A DNA stretch of 64,000 nucleotides, taken from Nitrospirota bacterium. GTDB taxonomy: Bacteria > Nitrospirota > UBA9217. A program made the position numbers and the translations under genes. Where the stretch lies: assembly GCA_963796285.1 (NCBI GenBank), contig CAWCKW010000012.1:1120001-1184000 (forward strand), written 5' to 3'. The notes beneath the pieces were generated by a model. It was not told the DNA's origin. It saw only the letters and a program-made list of their open reading frames with translations, and did no database searches. How positions within the stretch are numbered: position 1 is the stretch's first letter; each line of letters opens with the position of its first letter. Positions 53,145-64,000 of the stretch are shown one piece after another.

Positions 53145-53910
53145 GATGCAAACTCTCCTTGCCGAGATACGCTTCGATCACATCGGTGTTCTGCTGGATG
53201 TCTTTCGGCAGGCCCTCGGCGATCTTCACTCCGTGGTCGAGCACGATCACCCGGTCCGAAATGCCCATGACGACCTTCATATCATGTTCGATCAACAGGA
53301 TTGCCACGCCGTTATCGCGGACCTTGCGAATGAGGTTCATGAGGTCCTTCGTTTCATGAGGGTTCATCCCGGCGGCAGGTTCATCAAGGAGCAGAAGGTG
53401 CGGCTCGGTCCCGAGCGCCCGTGCGATCTCCAGCCGCCGCTGGTCGCCATAGGAGAGATTTGCTGCAAGCGAACCATACTTTGCTTCCAGCCCCACGAAT
53501 TTCAATATATCCATAGCGCGATACTCCATGTCCCGCTCTTCTTTTTTTACTCTCCGGGGCCTGAAGACCGCGCCGAACACTCCTGCGCTGGTGCGGCAGT
53601 GCGCCGCCACCATGACGTTCTCCACGACGAGCATGCCGCTGAAGAGGCGGATGTTCTGGAACGTACGCGCGATGCCCAATGAGGTTATATCATGGGGTGA
53701 CATCCCCGTAATATCCCTGTCGTGAAATATGGCCTTCCCCTTCGTGGGCTGGTACATACCGGTAATGCAGTTGAAGAACGTGGTCTTCCCCGCGCCATTC
53801 GGGCCGATGATGCTCACGATCCGCTCACGTTCGACGCGCATGTCGATCCCGTCGAGCGCCTTCAGCCCGCCGAAGTGTTTGGCCAGATTTTTTGTTTCTA
53901 AAAGAAGCAT
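53137..53910 (-). CDS. livG: Branched-chain amino acid ABC ATPase LivG
   Basis: GPNGAGKTT, RTFQNIRLF, LSYG.QRRLEIARAL, DEPAAGMN. Confidence 0.95.
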   Translation of the reverse strand: MLLLETKNLAKHFGGLKALDGIDMRVERERIVSIIGPNGAGKTTFFNCITGMYQPTKGKAIFHDRDITGMSPHDITSLGIARTFQNIRLFSGMLVVENVMVAAHCRTSAGVFGAVFRPRRVKKEERDMEYRAMDILKFVGLEAKYGSLAANLSYGDQRRLEIARALGTEPHLLLLDEPAAGMNPHETKDLMNLIRKVRDNGVAILLIEHDMKVVMGISDRVIVLDHGVKIAEGLPKDIQQNTDVIEAYLGKESLHHA

Positions 53911-53945
53911 GTCGTATCATTCCCTTGGTGAAAACAAACCCGATC

Positions 53946-54088
53946 TACCGCGGAGACGTAACCTGCTCTTGCCTGTGGCCGCGATATGGCAACAGCAGGC
54001 TACGAAGGCGCGGCCATAAACAGAGACGCGGAGAAATGCGTGATAAATAAATTAAGGATGTTCTCTGCGCCTCGGCGTCTCAGCGGTA
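53946..54088. repeat. Palindromic intergenic repeat (GAGACGCGGAGA...TCTCTGCGCCTC)
   Basis: Related to 5728-5860 and 40770-40898. Confidence 0.6.
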
Positions 54089-54139
54089 ACATTCGACTTA
54101 TTGCGTGTCCATTTTTTTCAACACTGCAAGATAAGTGTT

Positions 54140-55294
54140 TCAATTGGTATTTTTTGCTGTACCCAAAAGCCCCTGCGGTCTGAATACCATCATCAGGACA
54201 AGGGCGACGCCGAACGCCAGCATCCGGTAATCCTGAAAATCCCTGAAGATCTCGGGAAGCGTGATCAGGAGAAGCGCGCCGAGGATGATCCCCGGGATGC
54301 TCCCCATGCCTCCGAGGACCACCATGCAGAGGATCAGGACCGACTCAAAGAACGTGAAGCTCTCGGGCGAGACAAAGGCCATCTTGGACGAGAAGAAAAC
54401 GCCGGCGATCCCGGCCCATGCCGACGCCAGAACAAAGGCCAGCAATTTCATGCGATAGGTATTGACCCCCATGGCCTCGGCCGCGACCTCGTCTTCTCTG
54501 ATCGCGATCCACGCGCGGCCGATGCGCGACGCGATAAGCCGGTGCATGGCGAATATCGTCAGGATCACGAGCACGAGAATGAGATAATAGAAATCAAGGG
54601 TGGTGTGAAGCTCGTAGCCTGCTATCACGGGCCTTCCGATCTTCGAGATGCCGTTCGGCCCGCCGGTCATGCTGTCCCAGTTGTTCAGGACAATGCGGGT
54701 GATCTCACCGAGCCCCAGGGTGACGATCGCAAAATAATCGCCGCGCAAACGCAGGGTCGGCATGCCGAGCAATACCGCGAAAACCGCTGCCATGGATCCA
54801 CCGGCGATGAGTCCGGGCCAGAACGAAAGCCCGAAGGTTGTCGAGAGGATCGCATAGGTGTACGCGCCGATCGCGTAGAACGCCACGTATCCCAGATTCA
54901 GGAGCCCCGCCTGCCCCACCACGATGTTCAAACCGAGGGCAAGAACAACGTACATACCCGTCAGCGTCATGATGTCTTGATAATATTCGTTCAGAAAAAG
55001 AGGAAGGACGATCAAAAGGACCGCGATGAGTGCGTAGGTCAGCGGAGATGAAACAGAACGGGTGATACGGGCAAAGGCTGCAATTGCTTTTGAGATATTT
55101 TCTGCGACCGAGATACGGACATCCGAGACAACATCAGTCCTGAGCATTCTCCAGAGAAGCATGGCAAGTACTGCCGATACCGTCACGCGGATTGCGCTGC
55201 CTATGCCCGTAAAAGGCAGCGCAAGCAGACCCACCCAGAGGGGGAGCACGAAGAGATCGAGGAATTTATGTCCAGTGGTGCGAAAAGTAGCCAT
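54140..55294 (-). CDS. livM: Branched-chain amino acid ABC permease LivM
   Basis: LGLNIVVG.AGLLNLG, LRLRGDYFAIVTLG, AIREDE.AA.AMGV. Confidence 0.95.
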   Translation of the reverse strand: MATFRTTGHKFLDLFVLPLWVGLLALPFTGIGSAIRVTVSAVLAMLLWRMLRTDVVSDVRISVAENISKAIAAFARITRSVSSPLTYALIAVLLIVLPLFLNEYYQDIMTLTGMYVVLALGLNIVVGQAGLLNLGYVAFYAIGAYTYAILSTTFGLSFWPGLIAGGSMAAVFAVLLGMPTLRLRGDYFAIVTLGLGEITRIVLNNWDSMTGGPNGISKIGRPVIAGYELHTTLDFYYLILVLVILTIFAMHRLIASRIGRAWIAIREDEVAAEAMGVNTYRMKLLAFVLASAWAGIAGVFFSSKMAFVSPESFTFFESVLILCMVVLGGMGSIPGIILGALLLITLPEIFRDFQDYRMLAFGVALVLMMVFRPQGLLGTAKNTN

Positions 55295-55496
55295 TACGAG
55301 TTGCGATTATCTCACAAAAATTGCGTGATTTCAAGGCATTGTTATTCGCTGTACAGAATTTCCTCAGGCGCAACTATTTCATTCAATGGACCGGTTCTCC
55401 AATCTGAACGACAGTATGCGCTTTGTCTTTGATTGTTCATTTTCTCTGTGGTATAATCGGCTCGATTTTAGACCAGCAATGAAACCGGAGACGCGC

Positions 55497-56619
55497 ATGC
55501 TATTAGAAGATCTGAAACTGGAACTCAACGCAGTCAAGAACAGGATAGAGACCCTGCGGAGGCATCTTTGACACCCCTGCCAAGGAAGCACAGCTGACCG
55601 AGCTCACCCACCTGATGGAAGCCTCTGGTTTCTGGGACAATAAGGACAAAGCGAACGCGCTCATGAAGGAAAAAGCCGCGCTTGAGCGTTCTCTCAAGGA
55701 CTGGAACTCGCTCTCGACGCGTTTTCATGACCTTGAGGCCATGGCGGAGCTTGCTGCAGAAGAAGGCGGTGAGGCCATGCGTGCTGAGATGGAGAGCGAG
55801 ATCGCAACCATCCAGAAGGACATCTCGGCAGCAGAGATCGCGGCGCTCCTCTCGGGAGAACAGGACATCACCAATGCCATCGTCTCGATCCACCCCGGCG
55901 CGGGCGGAACCGAGGCCCAGGATTGGGCCGAGATGCTGATGCGAATGTATCTGCGATGGGCAGAGGCGAATGGCTACAAGACCGAGATCCTCGACTATCA
56001 GAACGGTGAAGAAGCAGGCGTCAAGTCAGTGACCTTCACGGTCTCGGGCGACTACGCCTACGGCAAGCTGAAGGCCGAGGCAGGCGTGCACCGCCTGGTG
56101 CGCATCTCGCCCTTTGACGCGAACAAGCGCAGGCATACGTCTTTTGCCTCGGTCTACGTGTATCCTGAAGTTGAAGAAAATATCGACCTTGCGATCGATG
56201 AAAAGGACCTGCGCATCGACACCTATCGCGCATCAAGCGCCGGCGGCCAGCATGTGAACAAGACCGACTCGGCCGTGCGCATCACGCACCTGCCGACGAA
56301 CATCGTTGTACAATGTCAGAACGAGCGATCGCAGCTCAAGAACAAGAACGCGGCCATGAAGGTGCTGCGTTCGCGGCTGTATGAGGTCAGGAAGAAGGAA
56401 CATGACGAGAAGCTCGGCAAGCTGGTAAGCGAGAAGAAGGACATCGCCTGGGGAAGCCAGATCCGGTCCTATGTGTTCCAACCCTACCAGTTGGTGAAGG
56501 ACCACCGGACCGGCGTGGAATCAGGCAACGTGAACGCTGTGATGAATGGAGACCTCAACCAGTTCATTGACGCCTATCTGGTGGCGGGTAGCGGGCCAGC
56601 GATAACGGATAAATCGTAA
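55497..56619 (+). CDS. prfB: Peptide chain release factor 2 with programmed +1 frameshift
   Basis: GGAGG-cat-CTT TGA C at 55566-55572; SPF and GGQ motifs. Confidence 0.96.
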
Positions 56620-56713
56620 TCAGTAATCGGTCCTAATAATGGGTGATTGGTAATAAGACCTCCTCACATCCGACTTCCCGCGTCCTGCCCCCTGTTCCTA
56701 ACGCATCATGGTC

Positions 56714-58534
56714 TCAAATCCCCATCATCTGCGGTGACCGGGCTTCAACATACTTTTTCACACCTTGATACAATGCTTCAGCAATGCTCTGCCGATACGC
56801 GTCCGTACGCAGCAATTTTTCTTCATCCGGGTTGCTGATGAACCCGACCTCCGCAAGGATGCTCGGCATTTCTGTATTGATCAGTACATAAAAAAACGCG
56901 CGCTTAACGCCGAGATTACGATATTCCCCTTTATCGGGTTCGTGGTGTCCACAAGCGATCCCTGCACCGCATGCGCCAGTTGAAGAGATTCCTCGAGCTT
57001 ATCATCCTTTGCCAAGTCAGCGAAGATCCTGTCCAACTCCGATTTCAGCTCGCTCAAACGCTTGGTTGACATGGAGTTTTCACGCGCGGCGGTCGCCATG
57101 GCATCACGGTCCGAGGCCCTCAGGCTCTGAATGTATGTCTCAATCCCCCGTGCCTTGCGCTTCCGGTTTGCATTCACGTGTATGGAAACGAAGAGGTCCG
57201 CGCCTTTGGATTTTGCGATGAATGGCCGCTGTTCGAGCGGAATGAACACATCTTTGTCCCGGGTCATCACGACCGTGCACCCGAGACGCTCCTTGACCAG
57301 GACTGCCAGTCTCTTTGCGATATCAAGCGTTATGGTTTTTTCCTTCAAACCGCTTTTGCCGATGGCTCCCGGGTCATGACCTCCATGGCCCGCATCGATG
57401 GCAATGGTTTTAATTTTGAGCCCGAGCTGCCGCGAAAGGGAAAGCGTTGCGCCATCAGTATTGTTCACTTCAGGCGTCTTTGAGGGGAGCGTGAATGGGG
57501 TCTGCGGCTCTGCTTTTGCCTGAGCGACCGTTGTCCGATGCAGGTTCTTTTCCGCTGCATGACCGTTCCCGAGCTGGCGACGGACGAGTCGCGGCTGCCT
57601 TCCTCCCTCGCCGGTCACATCGATCACGAGGCGCTCGGGATCACGGAGGGGGAACGCCGCATAGCTCTTGATGCTCGCAAGATCAAGCACTACCCGAACG
57701 ATGTCCGGCGCGTACTGGCTGGCACGCACTTGCTTCAGGATCCCGTCATTGATCGGCAGCGGTTCTTTATGCAGGGACCTGTCGACACGGGCATCGCAAC
57801 AGATCAAAGACCAGGCGGTCAGGGTTTTTGAGCTCCCTGGCGTGAAATGTGACCGGATTGCTCTGGTCGATCACGATGCGGGTATATGCCCCTTCCGACC
57901 AGTAACGGATGCTCGTGACGACGCCCGCCGGCTTCGACCTCTCCGGGGCCGCGATCACCGTCTCGGGCATCTTTCGCAGCACCGTCTCCTGTTTCCGTTT
58001 TCTTTTAACCGTATGCACTGGAGTGCCGAACGCCGTCTTTGCTTTCCCGGTCCAGGTGCTGTCGGGATATAACTTTGACAGTTTGTCGAACGTCTCCGCA
58101 GCAAGCGCATTGTCTTTTTTGTACTCAAGAGAGAGTTCAATGATATGGTACAGCGCTTCAGGCGCCCTGCCATGCCCGGGATAGGTAGTCTGGCAAGATC
58201 GATTGCTCTGGAGAGCCTGGTCTAAATCCTTTGAATATCGATTAAACTTATAGAGGTCCTGATAGACCCCCGCCCGGTCGAAACAGGCGTCTCCCGCGCT
58301 CGGGCTTTGGGGGTATTTTTTTTCCACCAGCTCGAACGACCTTATACAATCCAGCCAGTAGGAGTGATACCTTTTTTTCTTTGGAGATTTTCTGAGGTCA
58401 GACAGGCGCTGGCAGGCGATAGAATACTTACGCCCGGCCTCGGTATTGTAGGACGGGTACACAGGTGCAGCAAAAAGAAGCGGGATGGCGCAAGCCATGA
58501 AGGCCGCGATACAGGAACGGCCGCGTTTCATCAT
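56714..58534 (-). CDS. N-acetylmuramoyl-L-alanine amidase (TPR-like + AMIN + Amidase_3; frameshifts ~57790 and ~56920)
   Basis: IDAGHGGHDPGA, FVSIH.NA, PSILAEVGFISN; AMIN PDRLVFD/PERLVID. Confidence 0.88.
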
Positions 58535-58577
58535 AGTTTTCCTGATGTTATTTAACCGAATTGCGGGGAGATGTCAA

Positions 58578-58605
58578 CAAAAAAAGGCCCCGGTGTCCGG
58601 GGCCT
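58578..58605 (-). terminator. Intrinsic terminator after rplT
   Basis: AGGCCCCGG..CCGGGGCCT followed by a T run on the minus strand. Confidence 0.75.
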
Positions 58606-58628
58606 GTAACGTCTCGAAGCGGACTTCC

Positions 58629-58982
58629 TTATGATGCGGCCTTGGCCATTTCGACAAGCTTCGTGAAGCCTGCGGGATCGGTTATCGCCAGATCCGAAAG
58701 GATCTTGCGGTCGAGCGCTATGCCGGACTTCGTGAGACCGGCGATGAACCTGCTGTACGTCACTCCGTTCAGCCGGGCTGCGGCGTTGATGCGCGCGATC
58801 CAGAGTCTGCGGAAATCCCTCTTCCGGGCCTTCCGGTCACGGTAGGCATACTTGAGAGCACGGTCCACAGCTTCGGTTGCACTACGATACAGTTTTGATT
58901 TTGCCCCCCAGTACCCTTCCGCCAGGTCAAGTACTCTTTTTCTTCTGGCCCTCGTCTTGGGGCCGCCTCTAGCTCTTGGCAT
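58629..58982 (-). CDS. rplT: 50S ribosomal protein L20
   Basis: [32 protein letters not shown]. Confidence 0.98.
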   Translation of the reverse strand: MPRARGGPKTRARRKRVLDLAEGYWGAKSKLYRSATEAVDRALKYAYRDRKARKRDFRRLWIARINAAARLNGVTYSRFIAGLTKSGIALDRKILSDLAITDPAGFTKLVEMAKAAS

Positions 58983-59095
58983 GTTCTCTTCCTCCTCGAA
59001 TCACGATGCACGATGCAGAAACCGCGATTCTTCAACCTCGCTAGCCTGCATCTTGGATCTTGAATTATTAACTATTGAAAAATGAACCTTGAATA

Positions 59096-59329
59096 CTATT
59101 TAAGGCCGTACGGAAGCATCTGCTTGGCATTTTCCAGATTGTCCTTGGTGAGCTCCACAGCGCCGGAGAGCCGCCTCCTGCGCGTGGCGTTCTTGCCGGA
59201 CAGCAGATGGCCCTTCCATCCCTTGCGCCTCATGACCTTGCCCGTGCCGGTGATCTTCAATCTCTTGGCCGCGCTCTTTCTGGTCTTTAGTTTGATCTTT
59301 ACTTTTATCTTTGACTTTGCTGTTGCCAT
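59096..59329 (-). CDS. rpmI: 50S ribosomal protein L35
   Basis: KLKT.KSAAKR..ITGTGK...HLL; located between infC and rplT. Confidence 0.95.
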   Translation of the reverse strand: MATAKSKIKVKIKLKTRKSAAKRLKITGTGKVMRRKGWKGHLLSGKNATRRRRLSGAVELTKDNLENAKQMLPYGLK

Positions 59330-59478
59330 TTTTCTTTCTCCTTTCCAACTTTCTGCAGTACGCTGCTACGCTCTCCATCCCCGGTATATCAACTGCGGCA
59401 ATGCTCATTCCGCAGGATCAACGATCATATTTTATTCAATGCGCTGTCTCCTGTCCACGGTTCACTGCTCCGGCATCA

Positions 59479-59997
59479 TTAGACCTTTGCCTTTGCCCCG
59501 AGCATCATCGTCATGTTTCTGCCTTCCATGCGGGGAGACTGCTCCACAGCGGCGTCGTTCTGCAAATCAGCCAGAATGCGTTCCAGCAATGCCCTTCCGT
59601 GAATCGTATGGGCCATCTCCCTGCCGCGGAACATGACGGTCACTTTGACTTTGTTGCCTTCCTCGAGAAAGCGCTTGATGTTGTTTGTCTTAAACTGCAC
59701 ATCATGGTCGTCCGTACGAGGCCTCATCTTGATCTCTTTAACGACAATAACGCTCTGATGCTTCTTGGATTCGTGAGCCTTTTTGGCAAGCTCATACTTG
59801 TACTTTCCGAAGTCCATGATGCGGCACACCGGCGGCTTCGCCGTGGGCGCCACTTCCACCAGATCGAGCCCGGCTTCTTCCGCCCTTCTGATGGCCTCCC
59901 GGGTATCAAGGATCCCGAGCTGTTCTCCGTCCGCGGCAATAACGCGGACATCTTTCACCTTGATCATAAAATTGATTCTCGTTGTAATCTTACTGAT
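59479..59997 (-). CDS. infC: Translation initiation factor IF-3 (probable non-canonical ATC start)
   Basis: LDLVEVAP...PPVCRIMDFGKY, KVTVMFRGRE; GGGGGTG lies 7 nt before the in-frame ATC at 59997. Confidence 0.93.
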   Translation of the reverse strand: MSKITTRINFMIKVKDVRVIAADGEQLGILDTREAIRRAEEAGLDLVEVAPTAKPPVCRIMDFGKYKYELAKKAHESKKHQSVIVVKEIKMRPRTDDHDVQFKTNNIKRFLEEGNKVKVTVMFRGREMAHTIHGRALLERILADLQNDAAVEQSPRMEGRNMTMMLGAKAKV

Positions 59998-60003
59998 AAA
60001 CAA

Positions 60004-61947
60004 TCACCCCCTTGTCAGTTCGGTAGAAATATTTTTTCCCTGAATAAGCTTCTGCACATTGTTCATAAATTCGTCAAGCGACATCACGCCGAGGTCTTTC
60101 CCCCCCCGCTCGCGCACCGCGATCATATTCTGCTGTACTTCCTTGTCCCCTACGACAAGGATGTAGGGAACTTTCTCCATCGCGGCCTCACGGATCTTGA
60201 AACCGATCTTCTCCGACCGGCTATCGAGCTCGGCTCTGATCCCGGCAGCAAGGAGCTGGTCACGCACGGTCTTGGCATAATCGATCTGGCTATCGGTGAT
60301 GGTCACCACCTTGGCCTGCACAGGTGCGAGCCAGACCGGGAACGCGCCTGCGTAGTGTTCGATCAGCATGCCGAAGAACCGTTCGATCGAGCCCAGGAGC
60401 GCCCGGTGGATCATGTACGGCCGGTGCGCCTGGTTGTCCACGCCGATAAAGGTCATGTCGAAGCGTTCCGACATGTTGAAATCGAACTGCACTGTCGAAC
60501 ACTGCCAGAGGCGGCCCAGGGCGTCCTTGATCTTGATATCGATCTTGGGACCGTAGAAGGCGCCGCCGCCTTCATCTATTTCGTAACCCAGACCGACCTT
60601 TTCAGCGGCAACCTTGAGGGCTTGCGTAGCCTGCTCCCAGCGGGAATTTTCTCCCACTGACTTTTCCGGCCGCGTAGCAACATAAGCCTTAAAGTCATCA
60701 AACCCGAATGTCCGAAGCATCTTGACCACGAACGCGAGGACCTTGATGACCTCTGCTTCCATATCTTCGGGCGCCACAAAAATATGCGCATCGTCCTGTG
60801 TGAAGCCGCGCACCCGAAGCAAACCGTGCAGCACGCCGGAGCGCTCGAACCGGTATACCGTACCAAGTTCCGCGTACCGCAGCGGCAGCTCGCGATACGA
60901 GCGCAGCTTGTTTTTGTAGATCATGATATGGAAAGGGCAGTTCATCGGTTTTACATAATATTCCTGCCCTTCAATATCCATGGAAGAATACATGTTCTCC
61001 CGGTAAAAACCGAGGTGACCCGACGTTTCCCACAACGTACCGCGCCCGACGTGAGGAGAATACACAAAATCGTATCCGTTCTTCATATGCTCGTCGCGCC
61101 AGAAGTCCTCGATGGTTTTTCTGATGAGCGCGCCCCGCGGGTGCCACAGGACCAGTCCACCGCCGGATTCTTCCGAGATCGAGAAGAGGTCCAGATCCTT
61201 GCCGAGCTTCCGGTGGTCCCTGCGCTTGATCTCTTCGAGCCGGGCGATGTGTTCATCCAGCGCGCCTTTGTCCGGGAACGAGATGCCGTAGATCCGCTGA
61301 AGCATCTTGTTCTTCTCACTGCCGCGCCAGTAGGCGCCTGCGATAGAGAGGAGCTTGAACGCCTTGATCTTCGACGTGGACGGCACGTGCGGCCCGCGGC
61401 AGAGGTCGGCGAAATCGCCCTGTTCGTAGATCGAGATCGGTTCGCCCTCCGGCAGCTCGCTGATGAGCTCTGCTTTGTACGACTCACCCTTATTGTTAAA
61501 GAACGACAAGGCATCGGCCTTGGAAATATTTTTTCGTTTGATCGGCGTTCCCGCCTTGGCCAGTTCCGCCATCTTCTTTTCGATCTTGACGAGGTCTTCC
61601 GGGGTCAGCGGCCGCTCGAGATCGAAGTCATAGTAAAATCCCTCCTCGATCGCCGGACCGATGGCGAGCTTTGCCTGCGGAAAGAGCTGCTTCACCGCGT
61701 GCGCCATTAGGTGCGAGGTGCTGTGCCAGTACGTTTCGCGGCCTTCCGGCGCGCTGAAGGTGATGATTTCGACCGCAGCACTGCGTTCAACAGGAACATT
61801 GAGATCCTGAAGTTGACCGTCTACTTTTATGGCAAGCGCGTCTTTAGCGAGGCGAGAGCCGATTTTCTCGGCAACTTCCTGACCGGTGATGCCAGAGGCA
61901 TACTTTCTGTCCTGACCGTCAGGCAGCCTGAGCTGTATTTCACTCAT
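60004..61947 (-). CDS. thrS: Threonine--tRNA ligase
   Basis: HSTSHLMA, DLCRGPHV, KPMNCP.H, RVRGFTQDDAH, IHRALLGSIERF. Confidence 0.98.
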   Translation of the reverse strand: MSEIQLRLPDGQDRKYASGITGQEVAEKIGSRLAKDALAIKVDGQLQDLNVPVERSAAVEIITFSAPEGRETYWHSTSHLMAHAVKQLFPQAKLAIGPAIEEGFYYDFDLERPLTPEDLVKIEKKMAELAKAGTPIKRKNISKADALSFFNNKGESYKAELISELPEGEPISIYEQGDFADLCRGPHVPSTSKIKAFKLLSIAGAYWRGSEKNKMLQRIYGISFPDKGALDEHIARLEEIKRRDHRKLGKDLDLFSISEESGGGLVLWHPRGALIRKTIEDFWRDEHMKNGYDFVYSPHVGRGTLWETSGHLGFYRENMYSSMDIEGQEYYVKPMNCPFHIMIYKNKLRSYRELPLRYAELGTVYRFERSGVLHGLLRVRGFTQDDAHIFVAPEDMEAEVIKVLAFVVKMLRTFGFDDFKAYVATRPEKSVGENSRWEQATQALKVAAEKVGLGYEIDEGGGAFYGPKIDIKIKDALGRLWQCSTVQFDFNMSERFDMTFIGVDNQAHRPYMIHRALLGSIERFFGMLIEHYAGAFPVWLAPVQAKVVTITDSQIDYAKTVRDQLLAAGIRAELDSRSEKIGFKIREAAMEKVPYILVVGDKEVQQNMIAVRERGGKDLGVMSLDEFMNNVQKLIQGKNISTELTRG

Positions 61948-62163
61948 AAGATTGATAACATGGACGATGGTACGGTACTAGGTCAAGGTGTTTATGAAGG
62001 CGTTTTCTGCGTATTGCCCTCTTTTCCCGACCTTTCCTGATACACGTACTGCACATGCAAGTCGGTAATTTAAAGGAAAAGACACCCATTGTCAAGCAAA
62101 ATAACGAAAAATTCATCCGGGAAACACGGGGGGACTTCCTTTTCAAAAGGGCTTTTTATGCCA

Positions 62164-62391
62164 TCAGCTTTTCTTGACATCGACCGCTTCAAGGGCCCGG
62201 AGAATCTTCTCGATCCTTTCCCTGAGGTGCAACTGTTTATCATTGAACTGCGCCGATTTCTGCGCATCACGACGTGCCTGGTCGAGCTCTTTTTCAAGCT
62301 CTCTGATGCGCTTCTTGTGGGAATGGTTTTCAGCCACCAGCGGTCTCACCCTTCTCTCAATCTCAGCAAATCGTTCCTCAAGGTTGTTCAT
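62164..62391 (-). CDS. Small coiled-coil protein (ZapB-like)
   Basis: 75-aa heptad-rich ORF. Confidence 0.6.
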   Translation of the reverse strand: MNNLEERFAEIERRVRPLVAENHSHKKRIRELEKELDQARRDAQKSAQFNDKQLHLRERIEKILRALEAVDVKKS

Positions 62392-62569
62392 GTCGTCGTT
62401 CTCTCGATCTTAATCCGCAACTCAGAAAACAGCCCTTTTTTAAACGGGATTACAGGATACTCAAAGTAGGCGCTTCTAAGCGAAATCGGAGCTTACCTGC
62501 TTTATCCCGTCTGCCATGCTGATCATGAATACGGATATACTCACCTCTGTACCGCACGCTCCTCATCCT

Positions 62570-64000
62570 TTACTCGGTGAGCCTCAATCCGAAATCCGCG
62601 ATTCCCGCGGTCTTCTCGTAGATCCTCTTGTACTCGGCATAATTACGCAATACTTTTTTCACATATCCCCTGGTCTCGAAATAGGGTATCAGCTCGACAA
62701 ACTGGTCCCGCTCTCCCTGATAACCATTTTTCGCGATCCATCCTTGAACCGCCTCGGGTCCCGCGTTGTAGGCTGCTGCCACGAGCAGCGGATCGTTCTT
62801 GAACCGTTTCATAAGTTGACTGACATACCAGGTCCCGATATTGATCGCCATGTCGGAATCGAAGAGTTTCTCACGATCAAACCCGGGAATGCTGTTCGTC
62901 CGGGCAATCCACTCCCCGGTAGCCGGCATCACCTGCATCAGCCCCCGCGCGCCGGCGGGAGAGAGCGCCTCGGTCCGGAATTGGCTCTCCTCTTTGATAA
63001 TGGCTGCGATGAAGTAGGGGTCTTGATTGTACTTTCCGGCATAGGTAACGATGCTCTCCCAGTAGCCCTGCGGATAGGCAAGGAGCCACAGATCATCGGA
63101 CACACCGGGTGCCGGCCCGTCGAGAAAGTGCTCATACGTCCTGAGCACGATGATAAGGGAGTGATAAAAATCTCCCAGCTCGAAAAATACCTTGCTTAAT
63201 TCAATGAGCGCGCTGCGCCTTCTCGGCATCCCGTCCTTTACCGCCCACAGTTCCGTTGCCGCGTCTTTTTTCATATCCAGATGCATGAGCTCAAGGATTT
63301 TCCCGAAGCGTTCTTCCTTCGAAAGCATCTGTTTCATCTCTTCCGTCCACGGGGAAGGTCCTTCGTCAGTAGTCGACGCTAGTCAACGTTCCATCGGAAC
63401 AGAGGGTCTCGGCGCACGCCATCGCTGTATCGGCGGAATCGTCCGCCTTCATGACCACGGCGGCCCCCAGGACCGCCTTTCGCTCGGCTGCCCGGTATCC
63501 ATAATACGTATACGGTCCCTTTTTAAGCACCCGTTCGTAGTATCTCTCTGCAAGGGATTGCTCATCCCGTTTTTCTGCTGCCCGACCCTGCCAGTAGAGG
63601 GCCTGGTTCACCAGGAACGACCGGGGATAGCGGTTGACCAGGTCCTGCAGGGTGTGTTCAGCTTTTGTGTAATCGCCTGAAGTATAGTGCCACCATGCCT
63701 TCCACCAGATGGCGCTGTCGGCGTACTTGCTGTCGGAATACTCCAGCACCAGTCTGTCATAGTACTGAACCGCCTTATTCATGTCGCCTGATTCCCGGTA
63801 GATGTTGCCGATCAGAAAGAGGGCGTCATCGCACCACTCGCTGTCGGGAAAGACCTCAAGCAGTTTCTGAAAGGTCTTCACCCCATGGTCCCAGTCACCG
63901 AGCTTGCTGTAAGTCTTCCCCAGCCAGTACAACGAGTCGGCTGCTCTCGCATCGGACGGATAATCCCGTATCATTTTTTCCAGAATGACCGCGGCCTCTC
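62570..64000 (-). CDS. TPR-containing soluble lytic murein transglycosylase (Slt-like), 5' partial, frameshift ~63375
   Basis: AIIKEESQF...SPAGARGLMQVMP.T, AAYNAG, ETRGYV; upstream TPR repeats. Confidence 0.9.

Noticed and set aside
61948-62100. T-box or tRNA-mimic operator in the thrS leader, or a 6S RNA after the zapB-like gene
   Set aside because: No T-box consensus is visible; the weak hairpin containing CGT is not convincing without covariance analysis.
12033-64000. Numerous frameshifts (K channel, flavodoxin, cytochrome c, macA/macB, 45-49.7 kb cluster, amidase, slt) as mass pseudogenisation or programmed frameshifting
   Set aside because: They are single-base indels, some in homopolymers, in otherwise intact genes including cell-wall housekeeping genes. 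Most consistent with long-read consensus error; only prfB has a recognised recoding signal.

Overview
Bacterial chromosomal window. Gene content (selenoproteins, heptaheme cytochrome c plus cytochrome b, HiPIP, DUF362) suggests a Nitrospirota/Desulfobacterota-like organism; this is inference, not determined. The left ~34 kb is an accessory patchwork. It holds an oxidative-stress cluster with three UGA-readthrough selenoproteins invisible to the ORF track (MsrA GUFWG, peroxiredoxin FVUATE, and a rhodanese-like protein with two in-frame UGAs, UxU) around katG. It also holds decayed attC-like sites, short duplications, a HEPN gene, a broken IS110/IS1111 element with a two-module non-coding end, and two arrays of ~500-bp highly structured non-coding repeats bracketing a 5.7-kb gene block. 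The right ~30 kb carries a TetR-TolC-RND-MacAB efflux operon, rpmB, and an uncharacterised beta-propeller(CxxCH)/ABC/TPR/NosL-like/DUF4418 cluster with TTAG-N7-CTAA operator-like sites. It then has a CbcBA-like cytochrome pair and housekeeping genes (truA, livMGF, prfB with programmed frameshift, amidase, rplT-rpmI-infC-thrS, lytic transglycosylase). Many genes have single-base indels that look like long-read consensus errors, so pseudogene status is uncertain throughout.
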